DNA from: Octopus sinensis
Lineage: Eukaryota
Direction of reading: 5' to 3'
Assembly: GCF_006345805.1 (NCBI RefSeq)
Contig: NC_043008.1
Location: 73,718,001 to 73,782,000 of the forward strand
Length of the DNA: 64,000 bases
Below are positions 13,643-27,119 of the stretch, in pieces; position 1 is the first letter of the stretch, and the number at the start of each line of letters is the position of its first letter. Both the position numbers and the translations under genes were made by a program. The notes beneath the pieces were generated by a model. That model did not search any database. It was not told where the DNA came from and saw only the letters and a list, made by a program, of their open reading frames with translations.

Positions 13643-13871
13643 GATGCATGTATACTTGTGCATATATATGTGTATGCACATGTATATGTACACATATACA
13701 TGCGCACATACATCATATATATATATATATGTGTGTGTATATATATATACGTATACATATATATATATATATGCACACATATATACATACATTCATACAT
13801 ACATATGTGTGTATGTGTGTGTGTGTGTTGTGTGTGTGTGTGTGTGTGGTGTGTGTGTGTGTGTGTGTGTG
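13495..13871. repeat. Compound (CG/CA)n, (CA)n-(TA)n-(TG)n microsatellite
   Basis: Directly visible. Confidence 0.95.
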
Positions 13872-16004
13872 TTAAATCAAATGTATCCAAATGTTCTTAT
13901 ATATAGATACAGAACCTAAAGATGTATATCCGAAATGTCTCATCCTGTTTATTTCAGATTCCACAGATTTAATCGTAAATAACTTTACCATTCTTCGAAC
14001 ACAGAATCTTTGATAAATTACTGAGATATATCGTGTAGCGTTCCCTTGATTTCAAAGATATATCATGTATATTCCAAACTGGATACTCAGACATAGAAAA
14101 GATAACAGAAACCGGCAATATATATGTTTCTAGTTAATGGATATTAAGGAATATTTATACATTAGTGGTTTCACTGACGTCAGGTCTTATTTACCGAATT
14201 TAAAGCGATGCAGGAACGAAACTCGTATATACAGTGTGGCTCTATATTACATAGCTATACACACGTTCTGTTATTATTTTTAGTTACCTTATTCAGAACT
14301 AAATACTGGCAGTTACATTAAAAAAAAAGAGTAAGAAGATGGTGTTGAAGTTTTCTCTAAATAAAATACATAAAACAGGTTCTATTCCAGTTTCCTATTT
14401 TCGGCTAATTGCCTGATAGTTTGCGATTAAAGCATTTAAACAATCATAATTCTACAGTAATTTTTCAGCAATACTTTATATTAAGCCCATTCTATTCTGA
14501 TATTTAATGAGCATGATTGTGGTACACTTGTTGCTTCACTGTTTCCGGGAGTCGATAAATAATCTGTAAAGCAATGAAGACCACCTAAAACTTCAATCAA
14601 CTAAAACCGTCTCCATACTGAGGTATTTTAAGTAATCGACATTAATTCCTTCCTCACCCAGTGAAGGAAGGAGTATTTCTACTTCCTATCGAATGAAACG
14701 AGTGAGACAGCTTCCCTATAGAACTAGTCAGTTCTTATCTATTGCAATAAGTTAACTTTACTGCTTGCAGAGAAGGAAACAACTATTATCCCTCATTGAA
14801 TCACCAGTCGCATTCCCTGTTGTGTCTTTACTTTTTGTGGTGCACTATTTCAGCGTACATTGCCTTAATATTCTTTGTATTATTTAAGCCTAAATCCATC
14901 CTTGTTGGGCATGTCTGTAATCTAGTATAGTCAAGTTATAATCATCGTGTCTATTGTAATGTTTATTTCAGGCTGCAATATTTATTATTTCTTTACATTT
15001 CATAGAACTTTGCAATTTGAGTTGGAGATCTACAGCTATTTCTAGTAGGTCTGAAAACCACATATTATCTCATTGGGTGCGTTGACGACCGTGAAAAGAC
15101 CGGTTAAGAGGTAATTGTTTTGACCATAAGCAAAAAAAGAAGCATTGCTAACAGCACGTAACGAACCACCGATTTCTGTGCTTCTTGACAACAGAAATTA
15201 TCAATATAAACATGCTATAAAATGTAAAAGAATATTCGATTTTAAGTGTCCAAGGATGGACAAAATAAAACGATGAGTCGATGCTTGAGAGTAGCGAATG
15301 ATTACTGGAAACTTATATTTTCCATAAACAATTTATAGTGCAATCAAGTAAAGCTGTCTGGTCGAGAAGGATGGCTAGTTTACTAGTTTAATTTGTTATG
15401 TTATATTACTGAAATTATGTTTTTCTTTTCGTTTTATACTCACTCAGATGGAAGATAAAGTGAAAAGATCAAACAGAAATAGATACGTCAATATATATTA
15501 ATTGCATCGAACATTTTTAAGAGAATTTATTGTTTACAGTGATGTCATAATTATCAATTGCTTAAAATTAATTGCCCATTATGAAGAAGAGAATACGTCT
15601 TTGGTCATTAGATGTAAAGCAATCTGGTGCTTAATTACAACAGTAAATTGCAGCAAAAAAAAAAACAGAAAAAAAGATCTGCCGAATAACTGTACTATTT
15701 CTTTTTTAACAATTCGTGGATTTTATGTTGTGACAGCCATTTGCCATATTCAACATTTGTTTCAGAAGTGGATTCTTAAGTATGATTATATTTGCAATAT
15801 TTGCCAACTGGATAGAGCATTGTAGTAATTCAGACTCCAGCATTACCTTACTAACCAAAATATATTAACGATTAACGTTCTATTGGATAATGACATTCTA
15901 CCAACGAAGCGAAATGGTCTTTTATCTTTAGTTCCGTTTTATATGCGGTTATGATATAAAAAATTAAACATATACGTACATACATGCATGCATGAATACA
16001 TACC

Positions 16005-16005
16005 G

Positions 16006-16050
<45 letters not shown>
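16005..16050. repeat. (CA)n(TA)n microsatellite
   Basis: Directly visible. Confidence 0.95.
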
Positions 16051-16051
<1 letters not shown>

Positions 16052-19000
16052 GTATATGATGTATTTGCACAAATAGATAATTTTGTTAGCCTTTCAGAAA
16101 TTTATGGTAAGAACAGCTGGCATTGTCTATGTCACTACAAACAACCGATTATGTTGAAGGATTATATGAAGAGCATCCGCTCACGCACACATACATTATG
16201 CACATATGTATATGATATCTATATGAATATAGTACCGCAACAAAGACTTATATTGTTATTTTGTCCTCAATCACCCCTGACTGAGTAGACCTACCTGTAA
16301 ATGTGTTCGAAACAAGATCGAAAGTATTAAATAGGGTACCGTAATAAATGCGCTCCGTAAACGCCATTAGTCTTGATTCATGGTATCAATTCTGGCATGT
16401 GATCAAGTTTAGATGGAGGAATGTCCTATACTCACATTCTATCAACATTTGGTGCACTGACTAAGGTGTCACTGAACAACACTCTTAACTTTGGTGTTCT
16501 TTTTTCTCTAACATTCTACATTGAAGCGTCGTCCGTTTTCAATCAAACAAACTAATACAAAACCTACATTAATTCCATAATTAAGATCATCAGAAACAAT
16601 TTGCAATGAGTGTCGTTCTATTTATAATTACAGTACAATTATTGAGCAAATATATTTTAAATTCGACTGCAATTTCTTGCTATAATTAAACACGTGATTG
16701 CTTTACTTCTAGTGGAAAAATACATTTTCTCTTCTGTCTCGAAAATCCTAAAGGCAAAACCGCTGTGAGAGTAGCAAGGGCACAATAACTTATGCTTCAT
16801 GCACATGAATGGCATTGGTAAAGAATGTTCGAGGTTACGAGTAATACTTGACCTCACCGACACCGAGAGTCTCTCCTGAAGAACATATACCCTCAATATA
16901 CCAAAGACTGAAAAATAATGATAGAATGTCCTCCACAGAATTTCAAAATGCTTCCATTAATAAGGATCTACAGAGGCGAATTCGATATGACATTCCCTTT
17001 TGTGACTATATTTAATACAATTTAGAAAAGATGTATCCTTTTCAAGATGGTGGAGTGCGATTTTGATACAATTTGACCGCTGCGTTTAGATATTCCGTCT
17101 TTGCTTCACCTAATCAATGATTGCTGTTGTCATTTGGAAGCAGATCAAATTTGGCTGTGCAGGTGCATTAACAAAGGCTTTCCATCTATAGCAGCTCTGT
17201 TATATTTTTAGATCATATCTTGAAGTATTATCCTATGTAAATGTTCGTCGTGTAAAGATGTATGATGCGATTTATGTCCATTTAGGTGGCATCTTCAAAT
17301 ACAACACTTAGTGTATTAGTCTAGCTAGCTGTAGATCGATTTAGATGGTGGTAGAAACAGTAGCAGCCCTATACAATGGACAGATACTGCCTTTGAATGG
17401 TTTGCCACATGATATATGTCTACACATGCTTTAATTATGTAATGGGTCATGTGAGGAAATGATTTTTAACAAAAATGTGTAATTCACTACTTATGAAAAA
17501 CCTATTCAGTTAAGAGTAGTTAGAAGATACTGGTCATAAATTATCTCGCTAACAACTCTGTGTGTGTGCAGTGGTTCGTATCAACGGTGGAGTGTCGTAT
17601 TCATGACCAGAATACTGTAGATCACCAGTTTCTCAGCCCGTCACACGAAAATAGTTACCATAAAACCACAAACAATTCCTCACTACAAAACACAGCTCTC
17701 TAAAATTGGTAAAGTAGGTCATTAACCGTAGAGCTCAGTCTGTAGGCTTGAGAGGGATTTTCATGCAAAATTGATTTTGCAATATTTGTCAAAAGTATCA
17801 GTAATGTGGATATTATACAAGGAACTAATAAAAATAGACTCGCCAAACTTCACGTATTGATATTTTGAATTGAAACAGGATTACATATTTGTTAGCGGAT
17901 TAGCTTAAATCCCATTGAAAAAGTAACGTTTTCTTCTATGTATCAGTACTGTAAAGGACTAGCAGTCGGGTTAAGTATACTTTAAACTTTTAACAATTTG
18001 TTGCATTACGTCGACTAAACAAAGAACTTACCACCGAGAAAAACGGAAGTTCAGGTAAGCAATAGCAAAATCATTCCGTGTTACTCAAAACGTGCTCCAT
18101 TTTTTTACATATGGAGACAAAAGCATGCATTTTATATAATATATCTTTACTTGAATTTGTTCCATTATAAGCATGAAAACAAATACAACAATATCAGAAT
18201 TATTTACAAAAACGTCATTAGCTTTCAATGAAATGTTCTGCTCTACTTTGTTCTAGTAGTACTTTGTGCATACTCATGACACCTATTATCTACCAATAAT
18301 ATTGGGCCATGAAAAGCTAATGGTATTGCTTAGATTTGCAATGCACTGACAATTACAGGATATATAGATTTTGTCCTTATCTAATCTCGATAAATAATTT
18401 GAAACCCTATAAACACAACTGTCTAATGTCCGAAAAACTGAGAAACGTATGGCATATGGTAAATTTGATGTCAAGAGTATTTGCTAACCTTTGACAGCAT
18501 CACGTAATGTCTACTGGAACTCATCTTTCAGAGAAAAGCAAATAAAAAGAAATATAGAAATACATCACGATGATAAACCAAACTTTGCTGTTTCTAATTG
18601 TAGAGATGATCTTTTATGTTCCAACTGAAAGCACTTCCGTGATTCTATAGACATGTTTGGTCATAGGCTATTTTAAAATGGTATAAACTGTGTCTAAATA
18701 TAATACTGTATCTGTTTGTGTGTGCGTTTTATGTCACTAATTGCTCGTTTATTTATATATTTTTTAAACTTCAAACTTCATTTCATAGAAAAAGCTATAC
18801 ACATTCTTTCATACACACACACAAACACATACATAGGTTAATGGATAGATACTGATGCGCACATACATACATACACATATAGAGAAAGAGAGACAGGGGA
18901 GAATGGACATACAATATGCAGAGAAAAAGAGGAGTGAACTGGATGGCTACACATAAATATAGGAAGATAATAGTTATTCAACTGCTTTATTGTTGAAAGG

Positions 19001-19489
19001 CAAATCAAAACGTTGTATGGTTACACCTCCGCTTCATCTGTTTCATCAAGTTTGTTTCTCTCACTAAATAACCACAAATCAACAACTGAAACGGAAAATA
19101 ATATATTGTAGAGAAACTTCACTTATTTTTCTAGAATCACTCTTCAAATAATTTCTATAGAGTTTCTAATATAGTTCTTACCCACAGAATCATATAATAA
19201 TAAAATAAAACAACAACCGTATGGCTTCTGTTCATTACATTTGCTGAAGAGAATAAAATCATTCAACCAGTGACTGTCACGCAAAATATAAGAAAATATA
19301 ATTTCAGAGAATCTGAAATAGTTAAAGAGAACATTGATGCAAATCTCGTAGAAAAGCAACGTTAAAACCTATTCAGATTCAGTAATGTAAATATATATAT
19401 ATATATATATAAGAAAAAAAAGACTGTTTGTATAGAGTAAAGTAAAATAAAACATTTTAATGATATAGGTTAATGCAATAACTATAACA

Positions 19490-19545
19490 ACAACAGTTAT
19501 AATAATAATAATAATGATAATAATAATAATAATAACAATAATAAC

Positions 19546-19578
<33 letters not shown>

Positions 19579-19630
19579 TTATAATAATAATAATAATAAT
19601 CATAATAATAGAACCAACAACAACAGCAAC
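19490..19630. repeat. (TAA)n/(CAA)n microsatellite
   Basis: Directly visible. Confidence 0.95.
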
Positions 19631-21227
19631 AAAGATGGACACCCGTAAAAACACAAGAAACAAACAAATACAAGAACAAAGACGTGATTGACAAAAATGG
19701 CTGTGTTTTGACTAAGTGGGTAATGTTGGCGTATCGAAAGAAAATGTTGACTCGGGTGGAAATAATGGTTTAAGTAATCATCTGGGATAATGATAGTACA
19801 GCCTGTAACAACTTCATCTGTTACAGTCGCTAAAATTGACTAAAAACCATTAAAATGTCTATCAGAAAAGTTTTCTTCTATTCATAGCGGTATTGGTATT
19901 GTCATATAATATTGTGTATTAATAAGGAGTTTTTGTTGGTTGTTTTTTGTTTATTCAAATTTATATTTTACCCCAGACGTGATCTGCTTCTAGCTTGACC
20001 AAGGTGCAATACATAAATATTTGATAAGTAAATTAATGTTTTTTTTATTAGAACATACCCACATTATACTGTGCGTCTTTTACGATTCCGACATTAAACT
20101 ATAACGATAAGACGGTGTATGTCTTCATTTTATGTTCTCTGTTTATTTGAAACTATTTTAATCGATACAAAGTTATTTTATCAACTGAAGGCTATCTTGT
20201 TCGTATCCTTTCGATGTCACTGTACTTTCTTCTTCTAGTCAACATAATTGAATTACGTCTGGTCTAGTGTACATATTGACGTATGTATATGAAAATGTCT
20301 TTCAAGTCCCCAGAGTTGTTTCAGTGTCAGTGTGTAGCTCATGGAGAGAAATGAAGGAAATATTAATCTCCCGCTTGGTCACCAGATTAGGTGAGCTGAT
20401 ACTATTTCTGACAACTAGGTAAACTGAGACAACATGGAAAAACGTTTAGAAAACGACAAATCACCTGAGACGAATTATTCCACACATTTATCATTCCACA
20501 TCATAATTATTTTCACGTACAGGAAACTGCATACCATGGGAAAACAACACATCGCATTTGATATATTCACCGGTATGAGAAAAAAATGCCGAAAGACGCA
20601 CTCAGTTTACGGCACTAAGTTTGATCTTGATATGATTTTATTCTGCAAAACGTCTTCTTAACGAGTTTCTACATCAACGTACATCAGAAGTGAAAATTTT
20701 CAAATTCAATTGCAAGTCAATAGGCGCAGTAGAAGCAGCATAAGTTTAAGATGGAAACATATTCAGATTTTCTATAATTTAGAAATCATAAACAAGGCAA
20801 TGATACATGGAGAAAGTCCTCACTTTTACTTCAACTGTTGCGTTACAGTTCCGTCAGAAAACATTTTAATGAATGTGAACACAATATATACATTAAGTTC
20901 AACAATACACAATAAGTTTTATAGTGCTCCAGCATGACGACAATATGTCCTACTTGAAGGCAGCTGAAAATATACTAGCGATTATGAATAAAATATAACA
21001 CTTGTTCCAAGGATATGTAAAATATCTAAAATATATTCACCACCCAAACAAACAAATGCAGCTAAAAGCGGGTGACCTCAATACAAAATGATGGATTTTA
21101 TTAAATTTATTGGAATCTGAAACGTTTCCGGAGCATTACTTTGAGTTTTGTATTCTTTATAGGTGATTGTGCTGGTGCTACGAATATAAAATTCCCACTA
21201 CACACACACGCACACGAATACATTTTG

Positions 21228-22401
21228 ACAAGGGTTGAGCAAAATAATGGAAACAATATTTTACGTTAAACTAAATCTGTCTATTGGCAATGTGACAAAT
21301 TCAAAAATGTTCTAGTCATTTATATATATTCATAAGCATTATGTATACCTTGTACTTCATGATGTTTCCCCTTTTTCCCTATACACTTATATTTAAATAA
21401 GCTACAATACTCGATCTATCAGATTTCCATGGAAGAAAAATTGTTAGAACGTGTATGGCTGGAGCTTCAGTCATTAAAACCCCTTAATTGTTTAATTTTG
21501 GAGAGGCACACCATCAAAATTGTATTGACACTCCATAACCAAGATAAAATGAATTCTGAACAGAAGACAATGCTCACTGAAAGAAACCACAGAGAGGCGA
21601 GTGATAGCAACGCTAATAACAGTCTTCCAAGGTTGTGTCAACCAACACCATTCTTTATGAGCTCCATAAAGCCAAATATCATGGAAGGCCAGCAATTTCT
21701 GAACTTTATCTTCTGTCAACATTAGATAGCTTGGAAAATGGTGTGTAGATTATCGGAAGTAGTCGAAATTTCACTGGAACAATATCATCTTTGATAATTC
21801 ATCATTTACCTTCTCTCCCCGCATTGCTACGTGTTTATATCAATAGAGAACTCAGCCTTCAATCATGACTGTTTGGCCACTACAGTAAAGCATGGAATTG
21901 ACTCTGCGTTGATTTAAGTAACCATATCACGAAATTCTCAAGGTCCTTCAATTGTTCAACATCGTAGAAATACCACTAAGAATTATCTGAGTATTTTGTC
22001 TGATCACTTCCATATTATGACACAAACGTTTTTAGATGACCTCAACGTAATCTTCCTGAGTGATAATGCACCGGTTCAAAAGGCTAAAGTTTTCGAAACT
22101 GGCACGAAGAGTACAAAATTCGAGTAAAACACTTGGATTGGTTTCCACATACCATAATCAATGGATCTCAGTGAAAACGAGCATCTATGCTGCATTTTTT
22201 CACTCCGCCATTATTACTGAAAGATCTAAAACATGTTTTACTTAAAAAATGGCCCAGCGTTCCCCTAACAACCGTTCAGAACTTGTACGAACCAATTCCT
22301 CGATGTATTAAAACTGTGATTTTGCGAAACTTAAAGTAACTATGCGTTAAATAATAAAACTTGCCTGTAACAACACTCCTTAATGTTTTCCAACCCTTGT
22401 A
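21228..22401 (+). mobile_element. Decayed Tc1-like DNA transposon, ~1.17 kb
   Basis: Termini acaagggttg (21228) and caacccttgt (22391-22400) are inverted. Translations include CMAGASVIKT (Tc1 N-terminus), YLSILSDH...IFLSDNAPV, WHEEYKIRVKHLDW and LKHVLLKKWPSVPLTTVQNLYEPIPR. Confidence 0.82.
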
Positions 22402-22489
22402 TACATACGTATAGTCGACCAGAGGGTGGGATGTCTTTATATATCGCTAGTCAAAATGCACTTTTATTCTTCCACTAGAACCCGAATTT

Positions 22490-23020
22490 TTTTATGTATG
22501 TCATTCTCCCATGGTAATCTTTCGACTGGTCTCATTTGATCTCTTGATTATTTCAAACATTCACCCGTTCTCTGTGTTTTGCGACATATCCCGTACGCCG
22601 GTTGTGATATACACTCCACTGTTATATTCTTCACACCAGTCTATTCTCAAATTACATCGTTTTGGGTACGTTCTAACAATCATATTCTTGGCACATTCTT
22701 TCCATAACACTCTGTTATTTCCAGCCAGTTAACCTTTCTGTGTAGCAACCAACCACTTAGGTGTGTATAAGAAATAAGGTAGGACAGTGTTAATCGAGAT
22801 AGTACGATGGGCCTTCTCCAATTGTGCATGGAGCAATATTTTAACCAAGCGAAATTCATTCTCACTACTTGAAATCTGCAAGAAATTTCAGCGTTTATGC
22901 ATTGGCATGCGTTTTCAAATACCATACATTTCGTTGTTTTTTGGCTTACTTTTATACATATTGCTGAAATTTTGTTGTCCACCTCTTCCATTATCTTGTC
23001 ATTGACATGGAATATTTCAA
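22490..23020 (-). mobile_element. Ancient RTE-like LINE 3' remnant
   Basis: ORF 22680-23042 and adjacent frames give weak echoes of the post-RT RTE motifs (EISCRF..., W-L-K-LE..., RLPWENDI). Heavily decayed. Confidence 0.35.
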
Positions 23021-24104
23021 TGCAAAGGTCGAAAGGGGGCAATTTGGCGCGAAATAATCTTTAAAATTTCAGTTGAATAAAATAATTATAAGAGAAAATA
23101 TTTAGTGTACATGACAGTGGCAAAATACTTTAAATCGGAACGAGACTATTCAAGAAACGATCTTCAATGAGAAGGACCTGACTATTCACATTATCTGCTC
23201 AGCCTCGAAGTAATATTGACGACATTCTAACAGACAAACGACTTATATTGCAGAATGTCTCATACATTGTGCCATTGAACACAGGCAGCAAACATCACTT
23301 GATACGAGTAAAGCTCGTCATGGATGAGATTAGAGAGAAAATGCATATCTCATTTCGATGAATGTCTGATACATCATGGTCTTCAATATTAAGAAGCTGA
23401 CGAATTCTATTGAGAAGGAAAACTGGAATCAAAACATGAAAGCCTGATGTTAAAATGAAGAACTGTAAAGCTTCCGGGAGAGAACGGAGGATCGCGGGGA
23501 AATAGTGAAACGAAGGACGAATAAGAAAATGAAAGATCACCTTCACTATTTCATTCTGTGAAAGACGATAAGACAAGAACTAAAAACAGACTTCGGAACT
23601 TTTGGCATGAAGAAGCTGATGCAGTCTGCTGTAGAGAAGAAAAGCCTAAAAGTAGTCAGAAGAGGGATAGCATTAGGTATATCGGCGGTGACGGCACTGG
23701 AGAGCAAATATGGATCATGGTGAGTGATAAAAATGAAGTGGAGGATGTCTGTGGACATTTTCTGTATTTGTGGCGATGGATGATCGAGTGTCAGCCATGA
23801 TTGAAAAAGACTGAGATTACAAGAAATGCTACCTATTCTGGCCTGGGAGAAAGAAAATGATTAAATGTAGACGTAGGGAGATAAAGCGTCAATGTATGAT
23901 TATATAACAACGAAAATATAAAGAACCGGGAAAAAAAAACAGCTGTAGAAATTCTTCACTCTGGTTACAATTAATATATTAAAGAAGTCAAAACCCTTCG
24001 CTATGGAAGGAACCGAATACTTTCTTGATTTATGAAGTGATAAAGAAAATCTGAGTAATTATTGCTTCATGTTTTTCTTACCACACCCGTAAAACATATT
24101 CACA

Positions 24105-24300
24105 AATGTCTTATGTTACCGAAACATCTTGATGACGAGCAGCTGAATGAGCAAGCAAATATTCAGAAGAATTACTACACGGTAGACCCTATATTTACTG
24201 TATCCACAGCTTCTAGAACCAATTAAAAGTTGTCTCTTTGCAACACCTTCAGAGATTAAGGCAAGGATTATGTTAGCATCAATGTGAATGCAGTTTTGTA
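24105..24300 (+). mobile_element. Ancient RTE-type RT remnant
   Basis: LDDEQLNEQANIQKNYYTVDPIFTV resembles the RTE motif LD..QP.EQAGFR..YST.DHIFT, followed by a decayed DY.KAFDSV-like segment. Confidence 0.4.
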
Positions 24301-24558
24301 ATCGGTAGTGATATGAAAAGTCGAGGCAGTATATCAAACTATTCAGGGAGGCAGAATCTGAATGTATCACCGATGCAGTTTTGATGTAGCCACGCGTAGA
24401 ATTCCAGCCAAAAGTACGTCAAAATTCTTAAGATTTGTGCAGAGCTTTTTTAAGGCGAACTTAGAAGAATAGTAAGTTAGCGTCAGTATCAACTGTGAGC
24501 TACAAATTTAACTCCCGATTGGCAAACGGCTGATCATCAACATAAAAACCAGAGATCA

Positions 24559-25727
24559 TTACGTATTTTGTATTCTTATTCGTGCTATCATTATTGTTTT
24601 TACGTATTTTTGTATTTTTATTCGTGTAACATCGTCCGTTTTCCGTCCTTGTTTTGTATACATTCGAGGCTTTCTTCAAAGGAATCTAATGCGCTTGGCT
24701 TAGATTTTCCTTTAGGGCTGCCCAGGTCGGAGCAATCTCAAGATTAATCAGCCGAAATTGCGAAGATGATCCGGTTCTTGACTGAAGATTGAAGGCTTCG
24801 AATGTCCCGTCCGTGTTTTTTGTGTCGTTTTCTAAATGTTTCACGTTCTTGTCCCAGTTTGTATATTTTTTTTACTTTTACATATGTGCATAAGTGGCTA
24901 CGTACCCCTTTTTAACCCTATACGTAAGTATATATTCTTTAACACATGGTACGACTCTACAACACTGTCTCTTCCCCCTCTCCTACATTTCTCTGCCTTC
25001 ACACTTTGCACTCCCCTTGATCTGTCTCTTTCTCTTTCTTTCTTCTCCTCCCTTGTTCCCCTTCTTTCTTTCTCTCTTCATCTGTCCCCCCTCTCCTACA
25101 TTTCTCTGCCTCTCACACCTTACACTCCACTTGATCTGTCTCCTTCCCTCTCTTTCTTCTCCTCCTTTGTTCCTTGTTCCCATTCTTTCTCTCTACATCT
25201 GTCCCTCTTTTTCCTCTCTTTTTTCCTCACATGACCAGCCACCGACTACTGCCTTTTCGCGTCCAGCAGTCATTGTGGTAAGACACACTTGTTTGTCTCT
25301 CTGTGACCTTAAGTTACTCTTCTATAGCCAGCTCAAAACTTTACTCGTCCTGTCAAAAAGACGCTTGCCCTTGACGTCCTGGTTTTGTTATTATTATTAT
25401 CATTATTGTTTTTACGTATTTTGTATTCTTATTCGTGCTATCATTATTGTTTTTACGTATTTTTGTATTTTTATTCGTGTAACATCGTCCGTTTTCCGTC
25501 CTAGTTTTGTATACATTCGAGGCTTTTTTCCAAGGAATCTAATGCGTTTGGCTTAGATTTTCCTTTGGGGCTGCCCAGGTCGGAGCAATCTCAAGATTAA
25601 TCAGCCGAAATTGCGAAGATGATCCGGTTCTTGACTGAAGATTGAAGGCTTCGAATGTCCCGTCCGTGTTTTTTGTGTCGTCTTCTAAATGTTTCACGTT
25701 CTTGTCCCAGTTTGTATATTTTTTTAC

Positions 25728-25734
<7 letters not shown>
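24559..25734 (+). mobile_element. Non-coding element with 324-bp terminal direct repeats (24559-24882 and 25412-25734) around a pyrimidine-rich core; putative non-autonomous Penelope derivative
   Basis: The two repeats differ at about 7 positions by eye (~98% identical), offset 853 bp. The core contains a 2x ~115-bp C/T-rich tandem (24973-25205). The 3' end abuts (CA)n(TA)n. The repeat structure is certain; the family assignment is inference. Confidence 0.6.
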
Positions 25735-25965
<231 letters not shown>

Positions 25966-26413
25966 TTCACTCAAAGCCATGTTCAGTTTCATTTAAATAC
26001 TTGTTCGTTGGGTGCGTAAACTGTTTAACATAAAAGTGGATACACTTGGTCTATCGTTACAAATGCAGCATAATTCTAAATATAAATGCAAAAATATCAT
26101 TCAGCAAAAATGTAGTTAAAAGGAATGTGAATTGTAATGGTGATGTAAATTCATGAAAAAGAAAAAAATAATAACAAATGATTAAAAGCAAAGAAAAAAA
26201 TCAGACAAAATAAGGAAAATAAATTGATAAACTGGTAAATATTGGTGATAATTTGATGGTATAAAATAAATCTCAAACAGAAATGTGTACATAGCATGAA
26301 ACCATATAGACAAATGTAATAACGTAGCGGAAGTGATGTTATGTAAAATCGAGGAGGTATCTGAGTATAGTCAGTGTACTGCGTTGCACAACTTATGTAA
26401 ACTATACCTCATA

Positions 26414-26606
26414 GACGAAGGGGTTCTGAAAAGTTTCTGATTTTGGGTAAAAACAAATACAGGACGATTAGTTAATTATAATTCTATTTAACATATTCCC
26501 CTCTCAATTTCACACGCTAATTGCAGCGACGCTTCAAACGTTTGGACTTCCAATCAGGCCTTTCGTGACATCCTGAAAGTGAGGAACTTTTCAGCATCCC
26601 CTCGTA
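26414..26606. mobile_element. Mariner-type MITE (~190 bp)
   Basis: Left end acgaaggggttctgaaaagtttc matches the reverse complement of the right end (tacgaggggatgctgaaaagttcc). TA at the left flank; no coding capacity. Confidence 0.75.
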
Positions 26607-26670
26607 TTGAAGTTCGAAATATTGGCAGCGGCGTGTCGGTGCACGAACATACGGATACCTGCATATATAT

Positions 26671-26710
<40 letters not shown>

Positions 26711-26808
26711 TAACAAAGGGTAAAATTAATTAATTAATTAGTAATCAATAATTTTACCATGTAGAATTCGGCATGAAAAAGGACCATTTCACGGTAAACT
26801 TAAGTAAT

Positions 26809-27057
26809 ACTTTATAATTAGGGTTCAGCAAAGATTTGCTGAAGTATAGAAATAGCATACCGAAATTTAGAAATAGCAGCCAAAGAATCTTAGCTATTCC
26901 CTCTATTTTAATAGAGACCCCCGGAAAAAAAAAAGTACTCGAAAACAATCGGGGAGTCTCTTTTTAAAGTAGAGGAAATAGCTAAGGTTCTTTGGCTGCT
27001 ATTTCTAAACTTCGGTATATGATAAAGCAAATCTTTGCTGAACCCTAATTATAAAGT
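26809..27057. repeat. Long foldback inverted repeat: arms 26809-26923 and 26950-27057, 26-nt loop
   Basis: The reverse complement of the right arm matches the left arm (actttataattagggttcagcaaagatttgct...ataccgaa.tttagaaatagcagccaaagaa.cttagctatt.cctcta...gagac) apart from a few substitutions and one indel block. Confidence 0.95.
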
Positions 27058-27058
27058 G

Positions 27059-27091
<33 letters not shown>

Positions 27092-27119
27092 TATATATAT
27101 AAACATAATATATATACAA

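Noticed and set aside
12389-13919. Many 60-150 aa ORFs (YIYI, IYLS, HTHT, VCVC), also at 25.5, 28.4, 48.1, 53.6 and 59.5 kb
   Set aside because: They are translations of microsatellites that lack stop codons in some frames.
24782-24810. CTGAAGA...CGAAT hammerhead-like motif (also at 25635)
   Set aside because: GAAT instead of GAAA in both copies, and no stem I or stem III pairing.
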